Positions 37,874 to 47,754 of a stretch of 64,000 nucleotides of DNA are shown here, piece by piece. The DNA lies in NCBI GenBank assembly GCA_964367745.1, contig CAYIYK010000003.1, positions 10,248 to 74,247 on the forward strand. Reading direction: 5' to 3'. The notes beneath the pieces are model-generated. The model was given only the letters and a program-made list of their open reading frames with translations. It searched no databases and was not told the origin of the DNA. The translations under genes were made by a program, and so were the position numbers. Origin of the DNA: an uncultured Candidatus Saccharibacteria bacterium. Lineage in GTDB: Bacteria; Patescibacteriota; Minisyncoccia; Phycocordibacterales; PALSA-1337. Every line of letters starts with the position of its first letter. Position 1 is the first letter of the stretch.

Positions 37874-38992
37874 ATGAAAAAGCCTATTCTGCTACTCTGG
37901 ATAATTTCATCATGGATTCTCTATCCTTTTTTTAGTCTATCTTCAAAAATTAAGAGTAAGAAACTAGGTAAAAAGAAAAGGATACTTGTATTACCTCAGC
38001 TTTCTAGAATTGGGGACATCGTCTGTTCTACAGGCGTATTTTATAACATAAAAAAATCATATCCTGATAGTTATGTATCTGTACTAGTATCAAAGAGAGC
38101 ATTTGGAATTATAAAAAACAATAAAAGAATCGATAATTTTATTATTTATGAAGACTATTCTTTTTTTGGTTTAATAAATAAAATTAAATCAGAGAATTTT
38201 AACTATTCAATAAACCTCACAGCAACATCAATAAATACATGTTTAACACTTTGGAGTTGTATAGATCACAGAATAAAGACTGTGGTAGAAAATCCCCCGA
38301 TTACTGAGAGACTAACTGATTGTATGTCTAATCATCGATTGTTATACAAGAATCATACGTATTTACCGCTTCATCATATAAAGTTGTTGAATTTTATTGG
38401 AATAAATAATCCTGAAGATAAAAAAGAAATCTGGCTAAGTGATACAGCAGAAATAAAAGCGAATGATTTTGTTAAAAATCTTGGAGAAAATAAGAAAATA
38501 ATTGGAATAAGTATAACCGCAGGAAATAAAATAAAAGAACTCGGTGATGAGAGATTTGAAAAATTAATAAATAAACTATTAGAAAATAAAGAAAATATTG
38601 TTTGTTGTATAGGATCAAAAAACGATTCAGAAAGAATAGATAAAATAATATCAAGCGTAAATAATCCTCGTTTCATTAAAGCAACAGATTTTAACTTGGA
38701 AGAGTTACCATCTCTTATGAAAAGATTCTCACTTTATATAGCAGTTGATACAGGCCCTATTTATATCGCACATGCTCTGGGAGTACCTCTAATAGACATA
38801 ATAGGTCCAGTAGATCCGGATGAACAACCACCAAAAGACAGTAAGAGTATACGAATTCTTCCTAGAGGAGATATTAAGCCTAGTTCATTTGTATTTAAGA
38901 GACGTGGAACTCAAGATGAAATCATCTCAGCAATACAAAATACTGATATAAACGATATCTATAAAGCAGCAAGTATACTATTGAGTAAGTAG
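37874..38992 (+). CDS. Glycosyltransferase family 9 (heptosyltransferase-like)
   Basis: 372 aa. VDTGPIYIAHALGVPLIDIIGP matches the GT9 C-terminal signature (DSGPMHLAAALGxP..LFGP type). Confidence 0.75.
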   Translation: MKKPILLLWIISSWILYPFFSLSSKIKSKKLGKKKRILVLPQLSRIGDIVCSTGVFYNIKKSYPDSYVSVLVSKRAFGIIKNNKRIDNFIIYEDYSFFGLINKIKSENFNYSINLTATSINTCLTLWSCIDHRIKTVVENPPITERLTDCMSNHRLLYKNHTYLPLHHIKLLNFIGINNPEDKKEIWLSDTAEIKANDFVKNLGENKKIIGISITAGNKIKELGDERFEKLINKLLENKENIVCCIGSKNDSERIDKIISSVNNPRFIKATDFNLEELPSLMKRFSLYIAVDTGPIYIAHALGVPLIDIIGPVDPDEQPPKDSKSIRILPRGDIKPSSFVFKRRGTQDEIISAIQNTDINDIYKAASILLSK

Positions 38993-40366
38993 ACCGTATC
39001 TAACAAACCATCCTCGAACTATTGATATTCCCTTTCGAAGGATTATTTTATCTTCTTCTTTGAAACCAAAGATAATTTTAAAATCAAAATGGAATCCTTT
39101 ATCCTGATTTTTTGTGTATATATAGTTTGCAATAACCATAATTAAAGGTACGAGTACAAATTCAAGAGACAATCCCCAAAGACCGATAATTGGTAGGGTA
39201 GAAACGATGAGACCAAGAGTCAAACTATTTCTTAATAGATGTAGAAAGAAAAGGTATTTTTGTTTTCGTAGTGCTATGAGATAGTTGCCGATTATGATTC
39301 CACTTGCAAATATTGGTAAATTCAAGAGCATAAAGTAGAACAATGGTATTGATTGTGCGTATTTTGAGAAGAAAGTATAGACGACTGGTGGCACGACAAC
39401 AATCGCTGATATAACCACCAATATACTTCCAAGTACAAAATATTTTATTCCATAAGAAAACATTTTTACCGATAGATGTTTGTCTTTTATCCAAAGTGGT
39501 ACGAGAGATTGCATTGTATTACTTGGAATTAGATCTTGAATAGTTGTAACAATAGTCTCTGCGATAGAATATATAGCCACTGCTTCTGTGCCAATGAAAA
39601 GTTTAACCAGCCAAGGTTTAACCCTGAAAGTTATTTTATTTATAAATTGTCGAAGCACATCCCAAGTACCATAGGTGGTGAAAATATTCCACAACAATAC
39701 ATTTGGAGTAGCTACAATATGACTCCATTTGAAATATACCTTGAAGAATTGATATGAAACTGCCAAAACACTGAGTGATGAAGCGATGATTATAGATAGT
39801 ATCAATTGTTTCAAACCAAGATTGCCTTGCAGGAAATAATAAATAAGTACAATAGATTGAATAGCTTTATTTATAGTATATCTCTGAGCAACTACTGAGA
39901 ACTTCAATCTGACTAGACATAGTAATCGTATAAGAACGAACAATCCTTCACTCAAAATCACAAAAGAAATCATTCTCATATCTTTTACGAAATCGATATC
40001 GTAAGATTTAAAGAAGTAAACTGAACCGAAGAATATTATTGCCCAAGCAATGAAAGTTATAACTATTCTAACCAAAGAATATTCTAAGAAAATTCTCTTT
40101 GCATCACTAAGTCTATTGTCAGCAATTGCTCGAGACATTTCATTTGAGATAATAGCTGAACCAAGATTCAAAACATCAGACGGTACACCTGAAAAAGAAA
40201 GTAGGAGTTGGAATACACCGTACTGATACAGGGTAAGAGATGTAATGGTTAAGAATGTATTCAATAGACCTATTGCCTTTGTCACAAGATTCCAAAAGGT
40301 TGAAATAGCTTCCCCTTTTAAGAAAATAGCCATAAATGACGGCTTTTTTTGAGTATTTGTATCCAT
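38978..40366 (-). CDS. wzx: Wzx-like MOP-superfamily polysaccharide flippase
   Basis: 462 aa with about 12-14 TM helices. Size and topology are typical of polysaccharide biosynthesis flippases, and the gene sits in a glycan cluster. Confidence 0.7.
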   Translation of the reverse strand: MDTNTQKKPSFMAIFLKGEAISTFWNLVTKAIGLLNTFLTITSLTLYQYGVFQLLLSFSGVPSDVLNLGSAIISNEMSRAIADNRLSDAKRIFLEYSLVRIVITFIAWAIIFFGSVYFFKSYDIDFVKDMRMISFVILSEGLFVLIRLLCLVRLKFSVVAQRYTINKAIQSIVLIYYFLQGNLGLKQLILSIIIASSLSVLAVSYQFFKVYFKWSHIVATPNVLLWNIFTTYGTWDVLRQFINKITFRVKPWLVKLFIGTEAVAIYSIAETIVTTIQDLIPSNTMQSLVPLWIKDKHLSVKMFSYGIKYFVLGSILVVISAIVVVPPVVYTFFSKYAQSIPLFYFMLLNLPIFASGIIIGNYLIALRKQKYLFFLHLLRNSLTLGLIVSTLPIIGLWGLSLEFVLVPLIMVIANYIYTKNQDKGFHFDFKIIFGFKEEDKIILRKGISIVRGWFVRYGLLTQ

Positions 40367-40425
40367 AACTCAATATACTATCATAAATTGTGATAACCAT
40401 ATATAATCTTAAAAAATACAATTTT

Positions 40426-41814
40426 ATGAAAAATATATCCAAAAAGGCTTTCATTATCATATTTTTAATAATCGTATCCGTAAATTTCCTTTATGCTATA
40501 TCATATAAAATAAAACCAGCTGTAGATGCTGAAGCATATGATGAAATAGCGACAAATATCGTTGAACACGAACAGTACAGATCGAGCTTTAACGTTCCTC
40601 TAGAACTTGATGGTTCAATATCAAGAATCGGTCCTGGATATGAATTGTTCTTAGCTACAAATTATCTATTCTTTGGAAAACATTTTTGGATTATTTGGTT
40701 ATTCCAAGCAATACTTTATGCTTTGACTATTGTAATGCTTGGCTTGATGAGTCTAAAGTTATTCCCTGTTTTAAATCAAAACACAAAAATCCTTTATGGT
40801 TCGATGATTGTCTTTGGTCTACTTATCGATATTATTCAGTTGAATGCAATGATAATGACCGAATCCCTTTTCCTATTTCTTCTAACTCTTTCTTTCTTTA
40901 TTTGGTCACAAATTTACAATCATGATCCAAAGATAAAATATGGACTGTGGATTATCCTTGGTTTCGTCTTGGGATTGTTAACCCTTACAAGACCAACAGG
41001 TCTTCTAGTTTTTGTTTTATTAAGTGGAGCAACTATATATAGGAAAAAACTTGGTTCAATACTTGCAATATGCCTTATTGCTATTCCTTTTATCTTAATC
41101 CAAGTTCCTTGGTTTGTAAGAAATTATCATGTATATAATCAATTCATTTTTCACTCTAGTGCTGATGGTCTGAATTTCTTAAGTGGCAACTATCCCGGTA
41201 ATCATGGAGAATTTACTTCTGATTTCCCTTTTTATAAAGAATTAAAAGAGAAATACCCATCCCCAGTAGAATTAAATAGTGAAGCAAAGAAGTGGTATAA
41301 AGATTTTGTATTACATCACCCTATTCAAGCTACAAAAATACTAATTGAAAAAGCTTTAATATTCTTTTCACTTACCAAAACTTCTGGCTTTTGGTTCCAT
41401 TATTTTGGAAAGACTGATCAGATACTTACGATCCTCATATCAATATTTCAAAACTTTATAATACTTGGAAGTATTATATTGTATGGAACGATGGTTGTTA
41501 AAAGATGGATAAATAAACAATTCCTTCTACCAGACATATTCCTTGCTTCAACTTTTGTAGTATTAACAGTAACTCCAATAATTTCAGTTATAGCAAATAG
41601 ACATAGACTTCCACTAGTTATAATGTCTCTGCCTTTATTCGTCTATGTTGCATATATAATAAAAAATAACTTTAGAAAAATGAAATGGGAAATCGCTATT
41701 ACGATTCTTATCCTTATCGCAAGTACAGGTTTTGATCTATTCTTACAATTCGATAAATTCAAATCAAAGATACATTCAGTGAATAAAAATCCAGCAGAAA
41801 CAGTAACTAAATAA
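40426..41814 (+). CDS. GT-C fold membrane glycosyltransferase (ArnT/PMT, GT39/83-like)
   Basis: The track start at 40390 is a GTG; ATG 40426 (MKNISKKAF) is more likely. The acidic first-loop motif is DAEAYDEIA, followed by multiple TM helices. Confidence 0.65.
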   Translation: MKNISKKAFIIIFLIIVSVNFLYAISYKIKPAVDAEAYDEIATNIVEHEQYRSSFNVPLELDGSISRIGPGYELFLATNYLFFGKHFWIIWLFQAILYALTIVMLGLMSLKLFPVLNQNTKILYGSMIVFGLLIDIIQLNAMIMTESLFLFLLTLSFFIWSQIYNHDPKIKYGLWIILGFVLGLLTLTRPTGLLVFVLLSGATIYRKKLGSILAICLIAIPFILIQVPWFVRNYHVYNQFIFHSSADGLNFLSGNYPGNHGEFTSDFPFYKELKEKYPSPVELNSEAKKWYKDFVLHHPIQATKILIEKALIFFSLTKTSGFWFHYFGKTDQILTILISIFQNFIILGSIILYGTMVVKRWINKQFLLPDIFLASTFVVLTVTPIISVIANRHRLPLVIMSLPLFVYVAYIIKNNFRKMKWEIAITILILIASTGFDLFLQFDKFKSKIHSVNKNPAETVTK

Positions 41815-41817
41815 TTT

Positions 41818-43476
41818 ATGATTAAGAAAATTATAAAACACCCATTAAGTTATATATTACTTTTTGCTTTTTTAATTCGTATAGTAATGATCAAATACGG
41901 TTTGCCATTCTGGCTATACAATGACGAACCACCTTTTGTACTTACAACACTGAAGATGTTCCAACTAAAAACACTGTTACCAGTGTTACATGAAGCTGAT
42001 TTCAAGCCTTTCATGTATTACCCTCCTTATATTAGTTATCTATATATTCCCTTCTTTTTATTTTCTATAGCACTATCATGGATTGGTTTTGATGGAAACC
42101 TTAGTGAGTTACAGAATGTCTTGGCTAGTGATCCTTCTATATTTTTCATAACAGCGAGAGTAATAATGATTTTTATTAGTATATTAACAATTTATTTAAT
42201 ATATAAAATAACTCAATCATTAACTCAAAGTAAGACAGCATCACTTTATTCTGCAATCCTTTCTTCAACAAGTTTAATGTTTATAAGTCTTTCAATCACA
42301 GGCAAACACTGGGTACCAATACTTTTCTTTTATACACTTTGTCTTTTTATACTTACACGTCCGAATTGGTCTATTAAAAAGAGATATATATTGTCAGCAG
42401 TTACTATTGGTATCGGAACTGGTGTAGGTACTGTGGTGATTCTTTTTTCAGTTGTTATTTTCCTTTGGTATATAACGTACGATAAAGTAAGTATGAAAGA
42501 AAGTTTGACTAGCTTACTTATGTACAAACTAGGTTTTATCGTAGTTATTTTATCTTTTATTCCAGTTCTTCTTTATCCTGCAAGTCTTGGTTTCGTACCA
42601 GACACAACATTACATGGAGGTAAAACTCTTTTAGGATTCATAACTAGTCCTTTTGTCTTTCCATTCCCTTTTATCGCCACGGAACCAGTTTTGGTATTAC
42701 TTAGTCTTATTGGTTTATATCTCGGTTTTAAAAAATACAAACCATTCTATATAACATCTATCATTTTTACAGTGTTTTACAGTATGATATTCTATGTATT
42801 TTTCAGATTCGAATACCGTTTCCTTTTACCTCTTGTATTGTTCTTAATAGTTGGATCAGCAATAGGAATAAATGAGATTAGGAATAAATACCCAAACAAA
42901 TATTCTAAAGCATTTATTTATCTAATTCTTCTAATCCCAATATTATTCTCTTTGAGACTTAGTTATCTTGGTTATGTAAATGATTCAAGAATAAAAGCAA
43001 AAGAATGGTTGAATGCCAATACCGAAGCTGATGACAAAGTTATCGTCTATGCAAACCTTATGAGAATAGCGAATAATAAAAATGGAATATTGGAACAAGA
43101 ATTCATCGATTCTAGATCATTGAGGACAAATGATAAAAACATGTTGAATATTCGAGACGGTTTGATAAAAGAGAAGACATTCCACGCTTTAAATCTATAT
43201 ACAGTTGAGAACGACAATTTCTACAAAATGATTGATGTTTATGCAAAAAAGAATGGCTATAAATATCTAATATTTAGTAAAAAAGATTTCTTAGATAAAT
43301 CTGAACAGTTTGAGTATGTTAAAAATCTTACAAAAGATGCTAAACTTATGGCAAGCTATGGTAATAATGAGAGTAACTATTCCCTATCAAAAACAGACAT
43401 TGGACCTAATTTATTACCTTTCTTTAGAATAAATGAATTCGGACCAGAGATAGAGATATATAAATTGAATAACTAA
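41818..43476 (+). CDS. GT-C fold membrane glycosyltransferase with a C-terminal soluble domain
   Basis: 552 aa. The first-loop motif is LYNDEPPF. About 11 TM helices are followed by a ~180-aa soluble tail. Confidence 0.6.
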   Translation: MIKKIIKHPLSYILLFAFLIRIVMIKYGLPFWLYNDEPPFVLTTLKMFQLKTLLPVLHEADFKPFMYYPPYISYLYIPFFLFSIALSWIGFDGNLSELQNVLASDPSIFFITARVIMIFISILTIYLIYKITQSLTQSKTASLYSAILSSTSLMFISLSITGKHWVPILFFYTLCLFILTRPNWSIKKRYILSAVTIGIGTGVGTVVILFSVVIFLWYITYDKVSMKESLTSLLMYKLGFIVVILSFIPVLLYPASLGFVPDTTLHGGKTLLGFITSPFVFPFPFIATEPVLVLLSLIGLYLGFKKYKPFYITSIIFTVFYSMIFYVFFRFEYRFLLPLVLFLIVGSAIGINEIRNKYPNKYSKAFIYLILLIPILFSLRLSYLGYVNDSRIKAKEWLNANTEADDKVIVYANLMRIANNKNGILEQEFIDSRSLRTNDKNMLNIRDGLIKEKTFHALNLYTVENDNFYKMIDVYAKKNGYKYLIFSKKDFLDKSEQFEYVKNLTKDAKLMASYGNNESNYSLSKTDIGPNLLPFFRINEFGPEIEIYKLNN

Positions 43477-44240
43477 TGAAAATCACGATAATAATACCAA
43501 CATACAATGAGGGTGAAGCAATCGGTAATCTTCTCGATGCGGTTATTGCTGAGACAAAGGAAATAAAGAATCATATATTTTCTATTCTTATCGTTGACGG
43601 GAATTCAAAAGACAATACTCAAGAGAATGTTAGAAACAAATCAAATAAATACAACAATATAAAACTAATTGTTGAAAAAAGTAAATGCGGTCTTGGGAAT
43701 GCGTATCTAGAAGGAATGAATTATGCAATAAACAATCTTGGTGCGGATGCCTTCATGGAATTTGATGGTGATTTCCAGCACAATCCAAAAGATATAAAGA
43801 AGTTGGTAGAAAAACTAGATCAAGGATACGAATATATAATCGGATCAAGATATATAAAAGGAGGAACGATTCCAAAAGAATGGCCTTGGTACAGGAAAGC
43901 TATTAGTTCATTCGGAAATATCGTTATAAGTATAGGATTAAGACTTGGTATAAATGATGCAACTTCAGGATTCAAACTATCAAGAGTTGGTAAATTCAAA
44001 GACTCGATGCCATTAAAACAAGGACAATTGATCTCTCTTCGACATGCATATAAGATCCATTTTCTTTATAATATAGTAAAAGCTGGAGCAAAAACAGTAG
44101 AAGTTCCCATAGAATTCTTGAATCGAAATAAAGGAATATCAAAGAGTACTTTCGAAGATATTATAGAATCATTAAGAGTTGTCTTTGTTTTGATTATCAA
44201 AGGTAGAAACAACAGCATTGTTTTTAAAAATAAATCTTGA
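43476..44240 (+). CDS. Polyprenol-phosphate glycosyltransferase (GT2; GtrB / Dpm1 / ArnC-like)
   Basis: IIIPTYNEGEAI, VDGNSKDNT, FDGDFQHNP and GSRYIKGG. Confidence 0.85.
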   Translation: MKITIIIPTYNEGEAIGNLLDAVIAETKEIKNHIFSILIVDGNSKDNTQENVRNKSNKYNNIKLIVEKSKCGLGNAYLEGMNYAINNLGADAFMEFDGDFQHNPKDIKKLVEKLDQGYEYIIGSRYIKGGTIPKEWPWYRKAISSFGNIVISIGLRLGINDATSGFKLSRVGKFKDSMPLKQGQLISLRHAYKIHFLYNIVKAGAKTVEVPIEFLNRNKGISKSTFEDIIESLRVVFVLIIKGRNNSIVFKNKS

Positions 44241-44603
44241 ATAGATAAAGTAACTACTGATAGCAAGTAAACCTGAAGCTAGTATTTGACTTAGGAAATA
44301 GTGAATATGGAAGTGATCTACAAATAAATACATTAAAAGTGTATTCACACCAAGATTTACGCTTGAGACAATAAAATAAATAGTTGTTTGTTTGTGAACA
44401 TCTTCGATACTTTTATCCTGAAATGTCCAGAACTTTTGCAATATAAAACTAACAGAGAATGCTATTAGGAAAGCAAGAATTGCTGAAATCAAATAATTTA
44501 TCTTAAAAATATCAACAAAAATAGCTAGGAAGGCCAAGTTAACAACCGCTGCAGTTCCACCAGATATTATATATTTTATTGTCTTAATTATTTTGGTTCT
44601 CAT
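44172..44603 (-). CDS. gtrA: GtrA-family membrane protein
   Basis: 143 aa with 4 TM helices. YIISGGTAAVVNLAFLAIF ... SFILQKFWTF is the GtrA pattern. Confidence 0.8.
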   Translation of the reverse strand: MRTKIIKTIKYIISGGTAAVVNLAFLAIFVDIFKINYLISAILAFLIAFSVSFILQKFWTFQDKSIEDVHKQTTIYFIVSSVNLGVNTLLMYLFVDHFHIHYFLSQILASGLLAISSYFIYSRFIFKNNAVVSTFDNQNKDNS

Positions 44604-45289
44604 TGCTTAACAATCACGCACTGACCAACTGTAGTAACTATTGGAATTTCCTTTTTATCAATCAAGAATTCATCTAAAGCTTTTTTAACTCCTGGAGTAT
44701 TCTTGCCCATATAGTCATCGAAAAATATGAATCCCCCTTTTAACATCTTTGGATAGAAGAAGTTCAACGAATCAAGAGTTGATTGATAAATATCAACATC
44801 AATATAGACAAAAGAGAAATTCTCACTTTGTGCTGGAGCACTTGTATCTGGGAAAAATCCTGGGCAAAAAACTATGTCCTTTGCATCTTTAAAAATCTCT
44901 TTTACACCTTCTAAAGAAGTATTTATAAAATCACCTTCTTTATGTAAATCTATCTCTTCATTTACCTTTGGCATTCCTTTGAAAGTATCGAAAAGATAAA
45001 ACTTCTTACCATTTCCTTCTTTTGCATGAGCTATTAGTCTCGCAGACCCACCACGAAATACTCCTACTTGCGCCATCGCTCCAGGGAAGCGTTTTGCTTG
45101 TCTTGCAAACTGCCAAAGCATAAACAATCTATCTCTTTCAAGCATTGTATATGGACTTACTTTTTTGTAAGCATTCTCAAAATCATTATCCTTTGCCCAA
45201 GAGATAAAATCCATTCTTACATCTGTACGAGTAATGGTATAGCCTGTTTTATCAATTATTTTTTTAATTAAATCTTTTATTTTTTTCAT
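44600..45289 (-). CDS. TylF/MycF-like (macrocin-O-methyltransferase family) sugar O-methyltransferase
   Basis: VGVFRGGSARLIA, VYIDVDIYQST and GGFIFFDDY. Confidence 0.8.
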   Translation of the reverse strand: MKKIKDLIKKIIDKTGYTITRTDVRMDFISWAKDNDFENAYKKVSPYTMLERDRLFMLWQFARQAKRFPGAMAQVGVFRGGSARLIAHAKEGNGKKFYLFDTFKGMPKVNEEIDLHKEGDFINTSLEGVKEIFKDAKDIVFCPGFFPDTSAPAQSENFSFVYIDVDIYQSTLDSLNFFYPKMLKGGFIFFDDYMGKNTPGVKKALDEFLIDKKEIPIVTTVGQCVIVKQ

Positions 45290-45879
45290 TTTGTTGCGTA
45301 TAAATAATAACCGTAAGTTGTTGTCTTTTTTGCAGTACCAAAAATCTTATCCAAAATAGTTGATAATGGATGCAAAATAAATTTCAATTTATGTTGCATT
45401 GGAAAGAAGAAAGATAAGGTCTTAAAGTATCCTCCAGCTTTTATAAGTTCAACCTTAGAAAAGCCTTCGAACATAAATAATAACGAATCATCGAAGAATC
45501 TCCAATAGTCAGGATATGAGCCTTTTCTTGCATGGTATGGATATATAGAAGGAACATAAACAAATATCTTACCTCCCTTTTTCAATACCCTTTTTAGCTC
45601 CAAAACTGCTCTTATAGGGTCTTTTACATGCTCTAGCACCGAACTACATATAACAGCGTCTACACTTTCATCCTTTAATGGTATAGCGTGTATATCACCG
45701 ATAACATCTGCACCCGTATGTGCATCATAATCCATTGTCTTGTAATCACAGTTCTTAAATAGATCCTTATAAGGTTCTAGCCATTTCTGGAATCGATCGC
45801 CTCCACCAATATCTAATACGATCTTTTCTTTACTTATCAAAACCATCTTTTCATCTACAAATTTTTGATAGTGTGTCAT
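45286..45879 (-). CDS. Class I SAM methyltransferase (Methyltransf_11-like)
   Basis: VLDIGGGD and VDAVICSSVLEHVKDP ... LKKGGKIFV. Confidence 0.8.
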   Translation of the reverse strand: MTHYQKFVDEKMVLISKEKIVLDIGGGDRFQKWLEPYKDLFKNCDYKTMDYDAHTGADVIGDIHAIPLKDESVDAVICSSVLEHVKDPIRAVLELKRVLKKGGKIFVYVPSIYPYHARKGSYPDYWRFFDDSLLFMFEGFSKVELIKAGGYFKTLSFFFPMQHKLKFILHPLSTILDKIFGTAKKTTTYGYYLYATK

Positions 45880-45883
45880 ATAT

Positions 45884-46573
45884 TTATTTTGTAAATCTTG
45901 TTCTTATAATAGTACCGAGAATCATAAATCCGTGCTTCCAATTTATTTTCTTACCTTCTGAATAACTTCGTGGGTTGTAATGTATTGGTACATCTACAGT
46001 CTTATATCCCATTTTCAAAGCCTTACAAACCAATTCATTCTCATAATCAAAACTATTTGCTTTAACATCGATTTTTCTTGCTAATTCTTTTGTTATGGCT
46101 TTATAACATCCTTCATATTCACCTGCATGATTTAAGTATAAAATATTTGTAAGCCAAGTTATAGTGAAGTTCCCTATTGTACCAAGGAAATAAAGTACTT
46201 TTCTCCCCGTATGTCTATCTTCTATTCTAACCCCTAGAGTCACTTCAGTTTTACTATCAAGTATAGGTTGAATAACCGCTTTAAAATCATTTGGATCATA
46301 TTCTAGATCTGCATCTTGTATTATAAAAATATCTCCTGTTGCTTCTTTGAAGCCTTTTTTAACAGCTGCACCTTTTCCAGGAATAGTTTCTTTAAAAACC
46401 CTAACTCCTTGTATTGAACTAGCGATGTTGTAAGTATTATCTTTTGAATTGTTATCGACAACAATAATCTCTTTTTCGATATTCCCAATATCCGCCTTTT
46501 TTACCAATTCTACTATCTTTTGAATTGTCTTTTCTTCATTGTATGCAGGAATAACGATGGAAAGTTTTTTCAT
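45884..46573 (-). CDS. GT2 glycosyltransferase
   Basis: LSIVIPAYNEEKTI, VVDNNSKDNT and IIQDADLEYDP. Confidence 0.85.
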   Translation of the reverse strand: MKKLSIVIPAYNEEKTIQKIVELVKKADIGNIEKEIIVVDNNSKDNTYNIASSIQGVRVFKETIPGKGAAVKKGFKEATGDIFIIQDADLEYDPNDFKAVIQPILDSKTEVTLGVRIEDRHTGRKVLYFLGTIGNFTITWLTNILYLNHAGEYEGCYKAITKELARKIDVKANSFDYENELVCKALKMGYKTVDVPIHYNPRSYSEGKKINWKHGFMILGTIIRTRFTK

Positions 46574-47709
46574 AATTTTTTAACTATTATAACATCTTTA
46601 ACTATAGATATATGGGTATCAGTAACTACATCCCATGATTGATTTAATGGCAATGAATTGACGATTTCTATCATGTTTGGATAGAGTTTTTTATCAAACA
46701 TATTTAATATTTTATTCTCCAATTCCTTTTTATCAAATGGATCAAATAAGAACTCTTCTGGCAAGACAACAGATAGACCGTTTCCTTTTGTAAGTAGTAC
46801 CGGTTTGCCCAAAGAAAGAGATTCGAGTATAAAGTTTGGATTGAATTCTGAAAGAGCTGGTCCAATACATACAGTTGAATTTCTAATATAATCAAATAAT
46901 TCATTTTGAGGAACTGAATTCTTAAAGATTACAATTTCTTTCATTGATAATTTATCTACCAAATCAACTAATTTATTTTTATCTGGACCACTACCAACCA
47001 AGATAAACTTTCCCTTACCGATCTTTTTTACTACATTATTAAAAACTTTGATCACTAATTCTAGATTTTTATAACTAACGAATCTTCCAGCAAAAAGTAG
47101 TGTTGGTATATCCTGTATTTGAGAATTAGACTTTTCTTTTCTTACTACAGGATTCTTAACTATTACAATTTTATCTTGATTTGCATCGTAATAATTTATA
47201 TAAAAATCTTTAAAAAATTGACCGTAAACTATTATTTTATCTGCTTTTTTTATAATAAATCTTATTAGTTTATAAAGTATTGGTTTATCAATTCTATATA
47301 ATCCTTGTTTATAGTAATCATCAATAGTTATAAACCTCTTCCCCATTTCTACTGTCCTTTCCCAAATAGGATCACCCCCAATTCTTATAATAAATGGCTT
47401 TCTAAAGATAATAGATGCCAAGCAAGCAGGTAAGCCGGCAGCAGTTGGATCAAAAGCATAAATTGCTTTACTACCAATACCCTTACACATAACAATAAAA
47501 TAGTATGTTAACCATTGCAAAACCTTAGGCAAACGTCTCGATACTCGAATAACTTTGAATGGAAATTTCTTATTTGTCTTATCATCTCCATAAGCAAGTA
47601 CAGTTACATCGAAACCATTAGCCTGTAAAGCCTCAGCAATTTTCTGTACATGTATAGCGGGACCTCCAACATCAGGATAAAAAATTCCAGCTGCAAATAA
47701 GATTTTCAT
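46570..47709 (-). CDS. GT4 (GT-B) glycosyltransferase
   Basis: KILFAAGIFYPDVGGPAIHV at the N-terminus and FILESLSLGKPVLLT in the C-terminal domain. Confidence 0.8.
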   Translation of the reverse strand: MKILFAAGIFYPDVGGPAIHVQKIAEALQANGFDVTVLAYGDDKTNKKFPFKVIRVSRRLPKVLQWLTYYFIVMCKGIGSKAIYAFDPTAAGLPACLASIIFRKPFIIRIGGDPIWERTVEMGKRFITIDDYYKQGLYRIDKPILYKLIRFIIKKADKIIVYGQFFKDFYINYYDANQDKIVIVKNPVVRKEKSNSQIQDIPTLLFAGRFVSYKNLELVIKVFNNVVKKIGKGKFILVGSGPDKNKLVDLVDKLSMKEIVIFKNSVPQNELFDYIRNSTVCIGPALSEFNPNFILESLSLGKPVLLTKGNGLSVVLPEEFLFDPFDKKELENKILNMFDKKLYPNMIEIVNSLPLNQSWDVVTDTHISIVKDVIIVKKL

Positions 47710-47754
47710 ATTTTAATATTGTCACCTTAATAATATTGCTATACTATATCAAAC

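Noticed and set aside
36479-40425. N-terminal extensions in the track for P3 (start 37873) and the GT-C gene (GTG 40390)
   Set aside because: Internal ATGs (37828 and 40426) give N-termini matching the paralogs (MKTIF...) or a normal signal-anchor. The extensions have no supporting features.
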